A stretch of 64,000 bases of DNA from Tilletiaria anomala UBC 951 (Eukaryota), in the NCBI RefSeq assembly GCF_000711695.1, contig NW_013547016.1, positions 186,001 to 250,000 on the forward strand, read 5' to 3'. Shown here piece after piece: positions 1-13,272 of the stretch (its first letter is position 1; each line of letters starts with the position of its first letter). The position numbers and the translations under genes were made by a program. Under the pieces are notes generated by a model. It searched no databases and was not told the DNA's origin. It saw nothing but the letters and a program-made list of their open reading frames with translations.

Positions 1-1305
1 CCTTCCTGTGTAGTGCCGGTTGAGCTAGTGGAATTAATGGAACGAAGCGCGCTTTCAAGGGTCGCGCAGTATTCTTCAAAATTGTTGCGGTTGGACAGAC
101 CCGTAAGCAAGGTGATAGCGCGCAATCGGACTGTGCTATCCTCAGCATTTAGAAGCTGAGTGATGGCGGAACGATGTACCTCGACAAGATGCGGGTGAGT
201 CGGTAGAATTTTGATAAGTGCCACCAGAGCAATGAAGCGCAGATTTTGATCGGAATCATCGAGGAAATTCGCTAGCTTCTCCACGCACGTCTGCGCAAGC
301 TGGTAGCCATCATTCGTGGCCAACATATCCCCCACAATGATGGTGTGAATGCATTCGTACAGTAGCGACATGGCTGGCGTGCTGGCAATGATGGAGGTGA
401 TGGGTGGAAGGAGACGTCTGCTGAGGCGCGGTTCGCAGGTACTAAGGGCACCGAAAAGCTTGACGACCTTTATCAGCACCCAATTGTTCGTGGACGTGGT
501 CAACAGCTGGAATAGCTGCGGTGACAGAGGCAGGAACGGCCTGGGATCCTTTCGTGCAAGCTCGCATAGGATGCTGACAGTCGCTGACACAACACCGGGA
601 TCCGAGTCTTCAAGGCGATCTTGCAACCTGGTCCAAGCCTTGTCGAGGCTGCTCGGGTCATGCGTAATGATTGAGTGCAGAGCGATCACTGCCTTCTTGC
701 GAATGACTGGCTTGCTATGATTGAGCATGGATGTTATCTCACTCGTAAAATGTTGTGCAAGATCCGGTGTCATAAGGTATGAAAAGCCAGATAAGGCCGA
801 AATGGTGTCCAGGTCTGAGCGAGATGTCAGATCCTGGAAGCTGTAAACTTCAGCGATGCTCAAAATACGATGAATGACAGAAGTAGGATCAGAACGCACC
901 TTTTTGACGAGGTTGGTTGCAAGGATCAAAACGTCTGTACCTGGTTCCAAAAGCTGAGCAGCCCCGAGATAGCCAATGTACTTGAAATGATATCGAGACG
1001 ACGCCATGACTTCGACGACGTGAAACGCTGCTTGCGACGAGACGTGGCCAAGCATTTGCAGCTGCAGAGGATCGCAGGAGGCGGACGAACGATATTAGCA
1101 TTGATCGACATTCAGTCTCATCTATTACAATTGGAGAGGTACGAACATAGATCAACTTAAGGATTGCCTCCGCCTTGATTTCCATGTCGCCGCTCCGAAC
1201 TTCATGACGAATTTCAGCGAGGACGATCGCCAGATATCTAGGCTCGTCTTTGCCCCTGTGGGAGCGAAAGCCTTTGATGAGGGACTCGAGTGAGCGTTCA
1301 AACAT
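1..1305 (-). CDS. APL5: AP-3 adaptor complex delta subunit (N-terminal part; continues beyond the left edge)
   Basis: MFERSLESLIKGFRSH...EIRHEVRSGDMEIKAEAILKLIY, intron (~1146-1062), LQMLG...FHVVEVMAS...IGYLGAAQ...LILATNLVKK, intron, DL...; typical delta-adaptin N-terminus. Confidence 0.9.
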
Positions 1306-1977
1306 GCTGAAAGAAGACCTGAATCCACCCCCCCTCCTGGTTGTTTGTCACCGCTAATCAGGGCCACAGGGCAGCCTTACGGGCGGCGCTATTCAGGTTC
1401 AGCGATGTCGTTCTGGTCCAAGTCAACTCGGCGTGAACGACTGTCCGGCTTTGCCACTGAGATATGACCTCGTCTCGAATCTGCGAGCCCGCACAGCCCT
1501 GCCAGAACTCAGTCGCATGGACTTATATTGCAAGTTTGGGATCGTTAAGTCAAGATCTCTGACCCCGTCTCCACAGTTCACAGGCGATGCTAAATAGGTT
1601 GCTTCAATCACCGAATGACTGGCCATTCGATCAGCTCGGTGCAACTGCGAGTATATTTTCTCCAGATATCCCTGTAATCCCGGGGTCAATGGTGAACTGC
1701 GGGAAGCATGGCACAAAATCCGGGCATCCTTTGTCATGCCCCCGAAGAATGCCATGAATGAGAAGCAATGGGAAGGTTCAGATTGCTCAGCGGGGGGTAT
1801 GTGTATTACATACGCTGCGTTGACCACAGTTGCTTTGGGACAATAGCCATCTTTGCAACAGGGAAGTCTGGGAGGTACCCGCGGACTGTGGCCATTCCAG
1901 CTTGTTCCACCTCGATCCTCAACTTCTCCCACCGTCCATCGTTGCGCAGTGAACGGTGCATAGAAAGCCGCCCCCGC

Positions 1978-4900
1978 ATGCCGCTCGCTGTCCCCTCTGC
2001 AGCGGCACGTTCTCAGCTGCATGGCCTCTTCTCCGTGCCTTCCTGCCCCAGTCGTCGCCTTTTGTCACGCACCTCTGCACCGTCCGTCACCTCCCTGCTT
2101 CATTCACGCCACTCGGCCGTTCGGTGTGCTACCGCCAGAACGGCTTCGCCAGCCGCATCAGCTGCCTCGCACTTCCGCCCCCCGGTCCGCTTTGCCCACT
2201 CCAGAGGACAGGCCACCTCACTTGCAAGCATGGAAAACCCGTCTTCCAGCGGCAGCGCTTCGCTGATCGATGGCACTGCACTTGCAAAGTCCATCAGGGC
2301 CAATGTGACAGAGGAAATAGCAAAGATTCGCAAGTCTATACCGGCTTTCAGGCCCCACCTCTGCATCCTCCAAGTTGGCGCTCAAAACGCTTCGTCAACC
2401 TACATCAGGATGAAGAAGCAGGCTGCCGAAGAATGCGGAATGAAGTGCACACATGTGCAGCTCGATGCAGATACGTCGGAGCAAGAAATCATCAAGCGTG
2501 TCCGCAACCTGAACCAAGACTCCTCTGTGGATGGCATCCTTGTGCAGCTCCCTCTCGGCGACCACATTGACGCAGATGGTGAACGCAGGGTCACTGAGGA
2601 AGTCAGTCCGAGCAAGGACGTTGATGGCTTCCATGCACTCAACATCGGTCATCTTTCGTCCAAGGCTTGCAACCCAATCTTCTTCCCGTGCACTCCGGCC
2701 GGCATCATCAAGCTGCTCAAGGAGGCAGGCGTTGACGACATGAGCGGCAAACATGCTGTCGTCATTGGCCGTAGCGACATTGTTGGCAACCCAGTCACTA
2801 GCTTGCTTCGGAGCAAGAACTGTACCGTCACTCAAGTCCACAGCCGGACTGCCAACATTCAAGCGCACATCGCCAAGGCTGACATTCTCGTTGTTGCCAT
2901 GGGCAAGGCACAATACGTGCAGGGCTCCTGGCTCAAGCATGGCGCCATTGTCATCGATGTGGGTACCAACTACATTCCTGATGCTTCCAAGAAGAGCGGG
3001 CAACGACTAGTTGGTGATGTGGACTTTGAGAGCGCAATGGGCGTCGCATCTGCTATTACTCCCGTTCCTGGCGGAGTTGGGCCTATGACGGTCGCTTGCT
3101 TAATGGAGAATGTCTTCGAGAGCGCTTCTCGCAAATTCCGCGAAGGCCATTATAATGCACGAGGGGTCTCGACCCCTAATCCGCTCAAGCTCGTCAAACC
3201 CGTGCCTGCAGACATCATCGTCGCTCGCTCGCAAACACCGCGTCCTATTGTGGAAATCGCAAGGGAAGTGGGCATTCTGGAGGAAGAGCTGGAGCCCTAT
3301 GGAGATGTGAAGGCAAAGGTTAGCCTTTCCATCCTCGATAGACTGTCTCATCGGACAAACGGAAAATATCTTGTCGTCGCCGGTATCACCCCAACTCCTC
3401 TCGGTGAAGGCAAGTCCACTACCACAATTGGTCTCGCACAGGCCCTCGGTGCACACTTGCACAAGCCCGCCTTCGCATGCGTGCGCCAACCATCACAGGG
3501 ACCCACTTTTGGCATCAAGGGCGGTGCAGCCGGCGGTGGATTCTCTCAAGTCATTCCAATGGAGGAGGTGAGCACGTCACTACCCTTGATTCACTTCTCT
3601 TCTTCCCGCCTGCTCACTTGAAATCCAACTCGCTTGATTAGTTCAACCTTCACCTGACGGGAGACAACCATGCGGTCCAGGCTGCCAACAACCTGCTTGC
3701 GGCAGCTATCGACGCTCGCATGTTTCATGAGTCTACCCAGAAAGACGGGCCCCTGTTCGACCGTCTGTGCCCCAAGAAGAAGGGCAAGCGCACCTTTGCA
3801 CCCGTCATGTTCAAACGTCTGGCGAAGCTTGGCATCGACAAGACCAATCCGGATGACCTGACTGACGAGGAGAAGCGTCGCTTTGCCAGGCTGGACATTG
3901 ACCCGGACACGATCACCTGGCACCGAGTCACCGACACCAACGATCGCTTCCTTCGAGAGATCACTGTAGGACAGGCGCCGACCGAAAAAGGCTACGAGCG
4001 CAAGACTGGCTACGATATCGCAGTCGCTTCGGAGTGCATGGCTGTGCTCGCGCTCAGCAGGGACCTCAAGGATATGCGCGAGCGTTTGGGACGGATGGTG
4101 ATTGGCACCAGCCGCGCTGGCGACCCAGTTACTGCGGACGATATTGGCGTTGGAGGCGCTCTCACAGTTCTCATGAAGGACGCCATCAAGCCGAATCTGA
4201 TGCAAACACTAGAAGGGACCCCGGTGTTTGTGCACGCCGGTCCTTTTGCAAACATTGCCCATGGCAACTCATCTATTTTAGCCGATGCGATCGCCCTCAA
4301 GCTCGCAGGTCTTGAAGAAGGCGATGCTCAAGAATCCACAGGCTACGTCATTACTGAGGCTGGTTTCGGCGCGGACATTGGCATGGAGAAGTTCTGCAAC
4401 ATCAAATGCCGCGAGAGTGGACTTGTTCCCGATGCTGTGGTGCTCGTTGCTACGGTCCGCGCTCTCAAGACTCATGGCGGCGGTCCAGATGTCACACCAG
4501 GAAAGCCGCTTGACGAGGTCTACCTGGAAGAAAACCTCGAGATCCTGGAGAGGGGGTGCACCAATCTTGAAAAGCACATATCCAACGCCAAGAAATTCGG
4601 CCTCAAAGTCATCGTTGCTGTCAACCAATTCGCAACGGACACACCTCGCGAATTAGAGCTAGTGTGCAAGAAGTCGAAAGAGGCGGGTGCGGATGCAGCG
4701 GTACCATGCAACCACTGGGCCGAAGGTGGAGCGGGTGCCGTTGAGCTTGCGAAAGCAGTCATTCAAGAGCTCGAAGGCACCAAGAGCGACTTCAAGTTCC
4801 TCTATGATGTCGAAAAGCCGATCAACGAAAAGATCGAGATTATCGCTAAGGAGATGTACGGCGCCGATGGCATCAATGTGTCCGAATTTGCGGCGAAGCA

Positions 4901-5351
4901 GATAGAAACCTACACGAAACAGGGCTACGCAAATCTCCCAATCTGCATGGCCAAGACGCATGTGAGTAATGATGGACAAGCTTCGCAACGGCATGTGCTG
5001 AGCCTTCCGCGACTTCTCATCAGCTTTCTTTGTCCCACGAGCCGACGTTGAAGGGACAACCAAAAGGATTTACGGTGCCAATCAGAAGTGTCAAGCTCGC
5101 AGCCGGTGCTCGTTTCCTGTATCCCCTGTGTGGCACCATGCAAGTGAGTCCCGAACCCGCTGCGTAAAGCCCTCAGCGCCTCATCTTCCGTGCTCTCTGT
5201 GCTCGCAGACCATGCCCGGCTTATCGACTCGCCCGGGATACTACGATAGTAAGCGTTGGACTTTAACTCGGGAAAGTCGGCAGGTTTTGACATTGTTTTT
5301 ATCCTTACAGTCGATCTGGATGAAAATGGTCTTGTGCAGGGCCTCTTCTGA
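1978..5351 (+). CDS. ADE3: Trifunctional C1-tetrahydrofolate synthase (dehydrogenase/cyclohydrolase + formyl-THF synthetase)
   Basis: Motifs [72 protein letters not shown]. Four introns (~3568-3641, ~4963-5023, ~5144-5208, ~5249-5310); ends VQGLF-TGA. Second in-frame ATG at 2230. Confidence 0.95.
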
Positions 5352-5734
5352 TATCCGGTAACAGTAAAAATGGTACGATAACTTGTTCTTCACATAGTGC
5401 CTCCTTTAGTCACCTCATTAGAAAAGTGGCATTTTTCTTTTTGCCATCGATCTTATCCACTTTGCCTGATTGCAATATACACTTGTCTTGCCGCTTCGCG
5501 ACACAAATTCGTCGCTTCGAGTAGCTGGACGTATGAGGGGCTTATGTGTCAGTTTGCCTTCCAAAGGCATTTCGCCCTCAAAATCCAGTGCTCACCAAAT
5601 CATCTGAGAATGCCCCTGTAGCTTCGCAATAGACCAACTCTGCACTTAGGTCTGTGCTTGACTCTTGGAGCGGCTGACTTGGGTCGTGCCCGGAGAAGGC
5701 AAAGGCCATGAGCCATGTGTTACTAGCTGTATGC

Positions 5735-6324
5735 TCATCCTCTGGTGTTGGATGCGTCGTCAGATTTCGTCGCCTGGCTCAAGCGGCAGATGTTCAGTAC
5801 GGTATAGTGATATGGGAGGGCTCCATGGCACCATACTCACCGTTGTCGTCGGTCACCCCCTGTTTCTGATTCATATCGACCCTCGATGGAAACACAGCAG
5901 GCAGAAGCGACGGTTGACTTGCAGGGTATGCCCGAAACAATCAATGCCACCGATGTCGCGTTGATGCACGCTGCTTTGTGTGACGGCTGGAAAGCGGCAC
6001 CGCGGTCGAGAGGAGGGAGTGAATGATTTTTCTTAAAATAAGAAGCTGTTAAAGAATTATTGCCTTCGCTTGCTAGCTGGGACGATATTCGGATGAGCGA
6101 ACGAGGATGCATGTGAAGGAGCACGACGCTCGAAAAGAGCTCGCGGAGGGATGCAGCCCAAGCTCTTTGGCTAATACCTATACCAAGACATTCAGGTCAG
6201 CTTCCCTTTGAGAGGTGGATTCCACTGCAGCAATGCTGAGCTCACCGTTGCCTCCTTTCAAGCCATTGACACTGAAATCTAGCGTGGCATTTTCGGCTTG
6301 TTCGTCGCGTTGCTTGGCCTCCAT
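5735..6324 (-). CDS. Candidate spliced orphan ORF (~140 aa), or part of a spliced lncRNA
   Basis: ATG 6324; intron 6245-6178 (GTGAGC..GCTGAC..TAG) joins in frame to ORF 6124-5837; intron 5840-5742 leads to TGA; upstream intron 6734-6616. No recognisable homology. Confidence 0.3.
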
Positions 6325-7177
6325 GGGGCCAGAGATGCTGGTGACAACCGAGCATGTTCCTGACCAAAGAGCAATCTAAGCGGTGCAGCAATGCAGCGGG
6401 ATATCTGCACATCGTTACAAGTACGCACCCAAAGTAAAACTCGCACTGCCGTGAGCAAGCTTGGACACATCACGCTCAATCCGTAGCGTCGAATTGCTAA
6501 TCTCCCGCATCATCCTCTCTGCAGTTCCGAAACAAAAGCCTTGACCAACGTTCTTTTACTTAGTGCTCTAAATTTGATAGCTTGACCACGACTCCGTAAG
6601 TTCAAACTCGAAAAGCTGGACAAGGAGGAGTGTGGATAGCCCGGGGTCAGCGTGCCTCGCATCACTACAGCAGCCACAACTTGCCTTCACAAGCAGCAAT
6701 GGTGCGTTTCCCATCATGTCACCTCACTACTCACCAGTCAACACTAAGTCCTACACCAGAATTCAACATCAGGTCGAGACCGTCCTGCGCCTTTGGCCAT
6801 CGAGGCTTCTATGTGTGCATCCCCTGACGATAAGCCAAGGGTGAAGCGACACCAAAAAAAACTCCTTGCGTTCGGCTCCGAGATCATATTATAACATATT
6901 ACGGTGAACATGAAAACCGACCGAAAAAGAAAGAAAGGACGCGAACTTTTTTTTGTCTGGAGCGCTTTCTGCAAAAACCGGAACTAATCAATCAAAATTG
7001 GTATACAGTCAACCTCGACCGTCAGCTTTGTCTTGGGCCGGCGCTCGCATGTTATGTTGGTGACGCATGCACTGGTAACTCAAACGTGGGGGCTTGACAT
7101 TGAACCTATCGAGGGACCCAACGTCAGATTTGCGGGCTACTTGTACCTTGGAAGGGCCTCTAACTAAACTCCACAAG

Positions 7178-8742
7178 ATGTCCTTCATTCAAAATGCGGC
7201 ACCACCTCCAAAGCCAAATGCGGCTGGGACGCTTCGACCCGTCCCTTCGGCGTTGAGACCTCTTCTTTACATGGGTGTTCCTCGAGGTGTCCTGGCTTGG
7301 AAACCACGGTTGCCCTCCCGGAACTGGAGCATTTTCATCGTGACAACTTCAAGTCTTACATATCTGTGGTGGGATGACCGTGCACAGTGCAAGAAGCTCA
7401 TGGAAGGATACAAAGACCAAGTCCGGTGGATTGCAGAGCAAAAGATGGAACCGCACGAGTGGCCGCGCAAGATCAAGGTGTACACTGCGCAAAGTCCAGG
7501 AGATGAGGATTTCAACACGGGGGTCCTCTTCTTCAAGCGCTATATGAAAGTAAGTCAAGTCGATTCATCTGTCCTGCTTTCGCATGCAAGATATTCACTC
7601 CCCGGGTTCTTCATCAGCCGGTGCTCGCAGCCGCTGGCGTTGATTGGGAGATTCGAAAGGGCAGGCGCTATGGTGGTCTTGCGAAAGATTTGACGGACGC
7701 GATTCATTCACGTCGAAGAAAATTGGCTGGCGTAGAGGATTGGAGCTCATCGCCGCTCCTAGCACCAGATGGCAGCGGCCGCGGGCCCGTCTCCCTTACC
7801 CCTCAGCAAGTTCTGGAACGGGAATTGGAAGGCGGGATTGTCCTGGTCGGCCGTCCGGCCTTGAAAGAGTGGCTATGGGCGCTCAAGGAAGGGTGGGCAA
7901 ATGACATTCCAATCAAGGCAGTGGACCCGAATGATTCGCTCGCTGCGGAACTCACTCACGATGGCGTCTTCGAAGCGTCAACCTTGGATGGCGCCTCCTC
8001 AAAGTTCCAACAAGACTCGACTCCCTTTCACTCGAATGAACTGGCTACGAATTCAACCCCTTCGAACATTGCATCTAAAATAGGCACTTCGCTATTCTCA
8101 CGGAAAATCCCGCATGCAACCGGATCCGGTTCCACAGGCCAGGCGCTTCCGGCACTTCAGCTGGTCCCCGCACAACCTCCACTCTGCTTTGTCGATTTCA
8201 CCAATTTGATCGGCTGGCGCAATATACCGCGTCGTATGGCGCGCTTTTTCCGGCGACGTGACGACGTCAAGCTAGGGGGCGAAGCTGCGCTCAGGCTGAT
8301 CTACGGCAGCAAAGAGTCTGCGCGGCCATTCGACGCGCCAGAGACCGGGGCATTCACATCCTCACCGCCGCAGGGCGGCGACTTGGACTGGGGATTGGAG
8401 GGGGAAAGGTTTTATCCTCCTTTCTTCACCAAGATCCCAGACGACGTTGCAAAAGCGAAGGAGAGCTACTATAAAAGTCTCTTCGATCGCTTGAAAGTTT
8501 CACGCGAAATTGCCAGTGGACGGGAGATGACGAAGCAAGAGGCAAGGGATCCGCCGCCCAGCGAGAGCGATCTTAAAGTGGAGCGATTCGAAAAGGAGCG
8601 GGACTGGCGCAATCTCTTGCGAGGATTCGATATTGTTCGGCCCGACGCGCCAGCTGTGTGGGACCCCAAGTTTCAGGGAAGCATCCGTGTATTTGAGGAC
8701 GTGGATGCCACGTCGCGCGGGCAGACCTTTGCCACCGCTTGA
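7178..8742 (+). CDS. TIM54: Mitochondrial import inner membrane translocase subunit Tim54
   Basis: MGVP...KPRLPSRNWSIF, TM segment, PRKIKVY..PGD, FFKRYMK|PVLAAAGVDW, IGWRNIPRRMARFFRRR; intron ~7550-7617. Confidence 0.92.
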
Positions 8743-8802
8743 CATTTACACTGATGCACCGGGGCAGGGTCTTCGCCTGCAAAGCACCGTCTCTTCCTAA
8801 TT

Positions 8803-9666
8803 TCATCCACCGAGTCTCTTCATCTTGTCCTCGCCCTTGCACACCTTTTCTTGCATGACGACAACTTCGGTGTCCAACTGCTGTAGCAATTCGCTCTGTT
8901 CCGCAAGCTCGTGGTTGATTGCGAGCCCTATCTCTCGCTGTCTTCGAAGGACATTCGCTAGGCGGCCGAGCTGCTGGTCTTGGGCATCCATCTGAGCGGC
9001 CTGCGATGCCAACAAATCTGGATTGTCTAATGCACGGGTGTCGTCCGTCTCTCTGACTTCCATAGACCGGGCGCCAAGCCTTCGTATCCCACCCGAAGAA
9101 TGTGGCGCCGAGCTTGTCCTTGCGGCTGCATGCGATTCGCCTTTGGTCATCGATGAACTTGCTTGCGATGACGATCGCGCTCCAGCACTGGCCGATGAGG
9201 AGGAGTAGCCAGACGTGTCCGCCTGCGCTATTTGGAACTGCGCGTCTTTCGGCAACTCCAGGAATTGACGAAATGCATATGAACTTCTCCAAATTGGATC
9301 CTGGCTGTCCAAGATTGCTTTGAGCCATGCTCGCAGCTCAGGCAGGCGCCCTTCCGCTAATTGTTTTTGTAATGAGATGGTATTGGAGCGTGAGAGGATG
9401 CTGAGTGTATGCTGTACGGCCCTTTTGGGGGGAAGTTGTGCGGGGGCAGCCCGGCCTGCTCCTTGCGGTGCCGGCTGTGATTGAAGCTGCTTCTCAAGCG
9501 ATGCAAAGTCTGAGTAGCGGCGTAGTATTCTCCAGGACTGCACAGGCAGCTTGACGACGATGACATATGCGATGTGTTCCGGGGCTGGAGTGGCGCGTTC
9601 CACAAACGATTCGATCGTGACCGACTGGACAGTGCTGCTGTTGCTACTCCTGCCGTTGGCCGACAT
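8803..9666 (-). CDS. VAM7: Vacuolar Qc-SNARE with PX domain
   Basis: N-terminal PX domain (WRILRRYSDFASLEKQL, LPPK, FRQFLEL) and C-terminal SNARE coil (QDQQLGRLANVLRRQREIGLAINHELAEQSELL); no TM anchor. Confidence 0.88.
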   Translation of the reverse strand: MSANGRSSNSSTVQSVTIESFVERATPAPEHIAYVIVVKLPVQSWRILRRYSDFASLEKQLQSQPAPQGAGRAAPAQLPPKRAVQHTLSILSRSNTISLQKQLAEGRLPELRAWLKAILDSQDPIWRSSYAFRQFLELPKDAQFQIAQADTSGYSSSSASAGARSSSQASSSMTKGESHAAARTSSAPHSSGGIRRLGARSMEVRETDDTRALDNPDLLASQAAQMDAQDQQLGRLANVLRRQREIGLAINHELAEQSELLQQLDTEVVVMQEKVCKGEDKMKRLGG

Positions 9667-10197
9667 AGTCACTGGTCCGTGCAATGGAAGCTGATCGCGC
9701 AAGCAAGGAAGCTTGCTTTACTGCTGCGCACAGATGGGCTGTCCATGCGCTTCATTTGCTTTCCGACGCTTGTATGTGGCTACGTCGATGACCGCCCACC
9801 TCGAACTATTGTCAAGTACGGATGGACTGAATACCTAGTACAGATGGACCAATGGCATGGGCTGCCGTTGCAGATGGTGTCGGTCTCCAATTATTGGCAT
9901 TGGGCATCGCGTCTGTCACGTGATGTCAGGTGCGATTGAGCGGGCGACGCGTCGGTCAACCAAACAACAACACCTCGTTCACTACTATACCAACCCATTC
10001 CACCGTCAGCCCTCCAGCTTTGCCTCCAATTCCTCTGCAGTGACTATTCTACACGTATACATACATGTCACTACGACTATGCACAAGAGTCGCTTGAGGC
10101 CTCACAACCCTTTCTCTGTTGTATCTTTGGGTCGGACGCACGCGGTGCGCTGCCCCAGTCCACCATCATCGTGCTCGCACTGCAGAGACCGCACAAA

Positions 10198-13186
10198 ATG
10201 GCTTCCACAAGCGTGCACGCAAGGGTCGCTGCTCGCCCCAACGCGACGCCCAGAACACTGGTCGACATGGTTGAATCATTGGCCGAATGCTGCACCTTAA
10301 GCGTTCTGGATCAGTATGACAGTCTTGACTGGGCAGACACTATGCTCACCTATGCGCACAAGCTCCGAGAGCAACACAAGTGAGTGATCGTCACTTCGGC
10401 ACCTGATCAGCCCAGTCAGTATGAGAACTAATATTTGCTAAGAATTCGACTCAGGAGTACCGCGGGAAAGAAAAAGTCAAATGCACCCATAGATCTTGCA
10501 GAAATCATCAAGACGCCAGCCCGCTCTCGAACGAAGAAGGTGGTTGATGCCGACGGGTCAGATCGAACAAAAGTCAAGCAGACCAAGGCATCCCAGGACA
10601 AGGAGAATATTGTGCCGGCTGCCGGATCAGCAGACACTCGCAAACCCAGGGCCGGCGCAGCAGCAACAAAGAGGAAAGCCGCTGCAACGAAGGCTGCTAC
10701 CGCCGCACCCACACGCAAGAAGCGGAAGTCTGAGCAGGAGATGGTACAAATCATAGATGAAAGTAGCAATGTGGCGGCTGAAAGGTCGAAGCCTGCAGCC
10801 ACAAGCACACTGCCGACGGAGTGCTCCCCCGAAAAGGAAGTTGGAAGGCCGGAAGGGGACGGAAATGCTCGAGAGACCGCTGAGCAATTCGTCGCGATGA
10901 CACCCCTTCCGTCAAAGCAGAAGCGCGGACTAATGAGCCAGTCCACAAAAAGCCTCGGCGCCAGTCACATTGCGGCGACGCCGGCCAACACGAGCATGGC
11001 CCAATCGTTCGCGCAGAGACTAATTGCTGGGGCGCTCGGCAGCACAGGGCATGAGGCTTCATCATCAGATCCTCCAGTGGCGACCTCTTTCAAACCGAAA
11101 GTCAACGCGCGCAAAAGCGATGAAGCATTGGGCGAGCAACAAGCCAACGAACCCTCGGTTGCAATAGGGACGAAACGACATATGCCAGAGCTTCCATCCG
11201 GCACTGCTGTGACGACTTCGAAGAGCGCACTCGAGACACTGAGGAGCCGCATCGATAATGTGTCAAAACGTACCAGCACTGCCCCACATCTTGCTCTCGT
11301 GCACGAAGCTCCCGCTCGGGCAACGCTCGCAAGCAAGAATGATACTACGGTTACAATGTCACACTCTATGCAGCCACAACCCTCGACATCCAGTGCGCAT
11401 GAAGTCTCCAGAGCTATGACTCCGAAGCATACTGCCTCAGAACAGCAAACCGAAGTGTTTGCTCCTGCCATTGTGTCGCATACCCATAACGTGGTCAGCG
11501 ACGAGGAGACTGAGATACCGGCTCGCTTTGCAGACAGTTCTAATCAAACTGTGCAGCCAGCAGGGGCCGTAACGCCGAAAGCCACCTCCGCCATTTCGGA
11601 TCACAGCGAGGCCCTCCCGAACAGCACGATATGTGCTGGTTCCACAACCCCGCTCGAGTCTCCCAAGCGACCCGACCTCAAGAGTCGTCTCCCAACAGCA
11701 TCGCCGGGAAAGATCAGTAATTTGAAATTTGTTCCTTCGAAGAACAGCAAGCTGGCTGGTGGAAACGGGGATGTTGCTCATGCTCAGCTCAGCACCTCTG
11801 CTGCAGCGACTGCCGTTGCACCATCTTCCTGGACGTTCAAGATCAAAGGCCTCCTTGGCATAGGAACCTCATCCACTTCTACTGCTACAGCCACAGTCGC
11901 CCCTGGGTCTACTCCAGTAGCCACGACGGCCCAATCTGCCACGATTGTTACTGTTGCTCGCTCGCCTAAGAAGGCTCAAGCATCTCAGCAACCTCTTGCT
12001 CAACAGCTACAGCCTGTGGCCGTCTCGCAAGCAATGGCGCCGGCGCCCAAGTTACCTAGTCTCATGAGGGCGGAGGCGCTACGCAAGCAGACTGAACAAG
12101 AAGAAGAGCGCAGACAGCGCGAGCGTGATGCACGCCGGAAGCAAGTCGAGGCGAAGAAAGACCTTAAGGAGACCCAGGCCAAGAAGCGAGTCCGAGAAGA
12201 TGCTCCACAGATCGCCAATGGGAAGGTCACCGAGAAGAAGACAAAGCTGGTCATCTCGAGCGCAGCCGTGTCATTATCAGCAGCAGGCCCTTCGAGACAG
12301 GCAAATATCAATCGCATTGCCTCCACAACCTCGAAGCTGCTATCAAATCAACCACCATCAGGCGCGAGGTTTGGAGGCGCCCCGCCTCTTGCTGGTATCG
12401 TGCCGCCTCCACTCAAACGCGTGCCCACCAGCGAAAGCTTGCAGACGCTGAAGACCCCTTCGCATGGCGCAGCATCCGCGAGCAATGCGGCGCCTCCGTC
12501 TGCGTCCATCAGAGCTAGCCAGACAGCGGGCGCTCGCCCGCCACCGTCTTCGTCATTTGCATTCGCGAAGAAGACACCCAAGCAGAACGGCCCTCCGTCT
12601 GCGCAGCCCAGCAGCACAAAGGTATCAGGTCCGAAGGGGGGAGTGCAGAATTCCAATTTCACGCAACACAACCCATTCCAGCAGCAGCATAAATCGGCTT
12701 TGCCTACGCCAAAGCAGAAGACGCCCATTCCCACCAATGCGCCCACGCCAGAATCTGTTGCGGACGAAGACATCGCACTACCTGATGTGCAATCAGAGTA
12801 CGTAGCCTCGGAGAAGATTCTGTCGGCCCGCTCATGCTGACGTTGCATCATGACTTTGTTCCAGATATTCAATGTCCGACGACGAGGAAACCCAGCGTCG
12901 CCGTGCTGAAGCGCCTTCATGGACCAAGGGCCGTGAATTGCAAGATGCTCTCACAGCACAAGCGGCCATGGACCCCGATGCCATCTTCGGAAGACCACAT
13001 GCAGAAGTTTCCCTCGCCACCCTCTTTCCGACAAGCACGAGGGCAAGGCGTCCAAGGAGCAGCAGCGGGAATTGGACCGTTGATCAAGTCAAGCAGTGGG
13101 AAGTGGAGGCCTACAATATTCGCATGGGCATCACCCAAGCTGGGTCGATCAACAGAGGGGAAGGATCATCCAGAACACCCCTTTAG
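10198..13186 (+). CDS. Inner centromere protein (INCENP/Sli15/Pic1-like), chromosomal passenger complex
   Basis: Long disordered region, charged coil, C-terminal Aurora-binding IN-box LPDVQSE|YSMSDDE...PSW..GRELQDAL..Q..MDPDAIFG...RPRSSSGNW; introns ~10380-10450 and ~12798-12865. Confidence 0.85.
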
Positions 13187-13272
13187 CTTCTGCGGCGCAA
13201 TGTTCAAAAGACAGTGGTGTATCATAAACGTCAACAAGCTTGGGCTGCACAGCCGTGCAGGACGATTTCAAT

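Noticed and set aside
5349..5381. Cryptic peroxisomal PTS1 via stop readthrough of C1-THF synthase
   Set aside because: The extension would end in MVR, not an SKL-like tripeptide, and the context is not TGA-CTA
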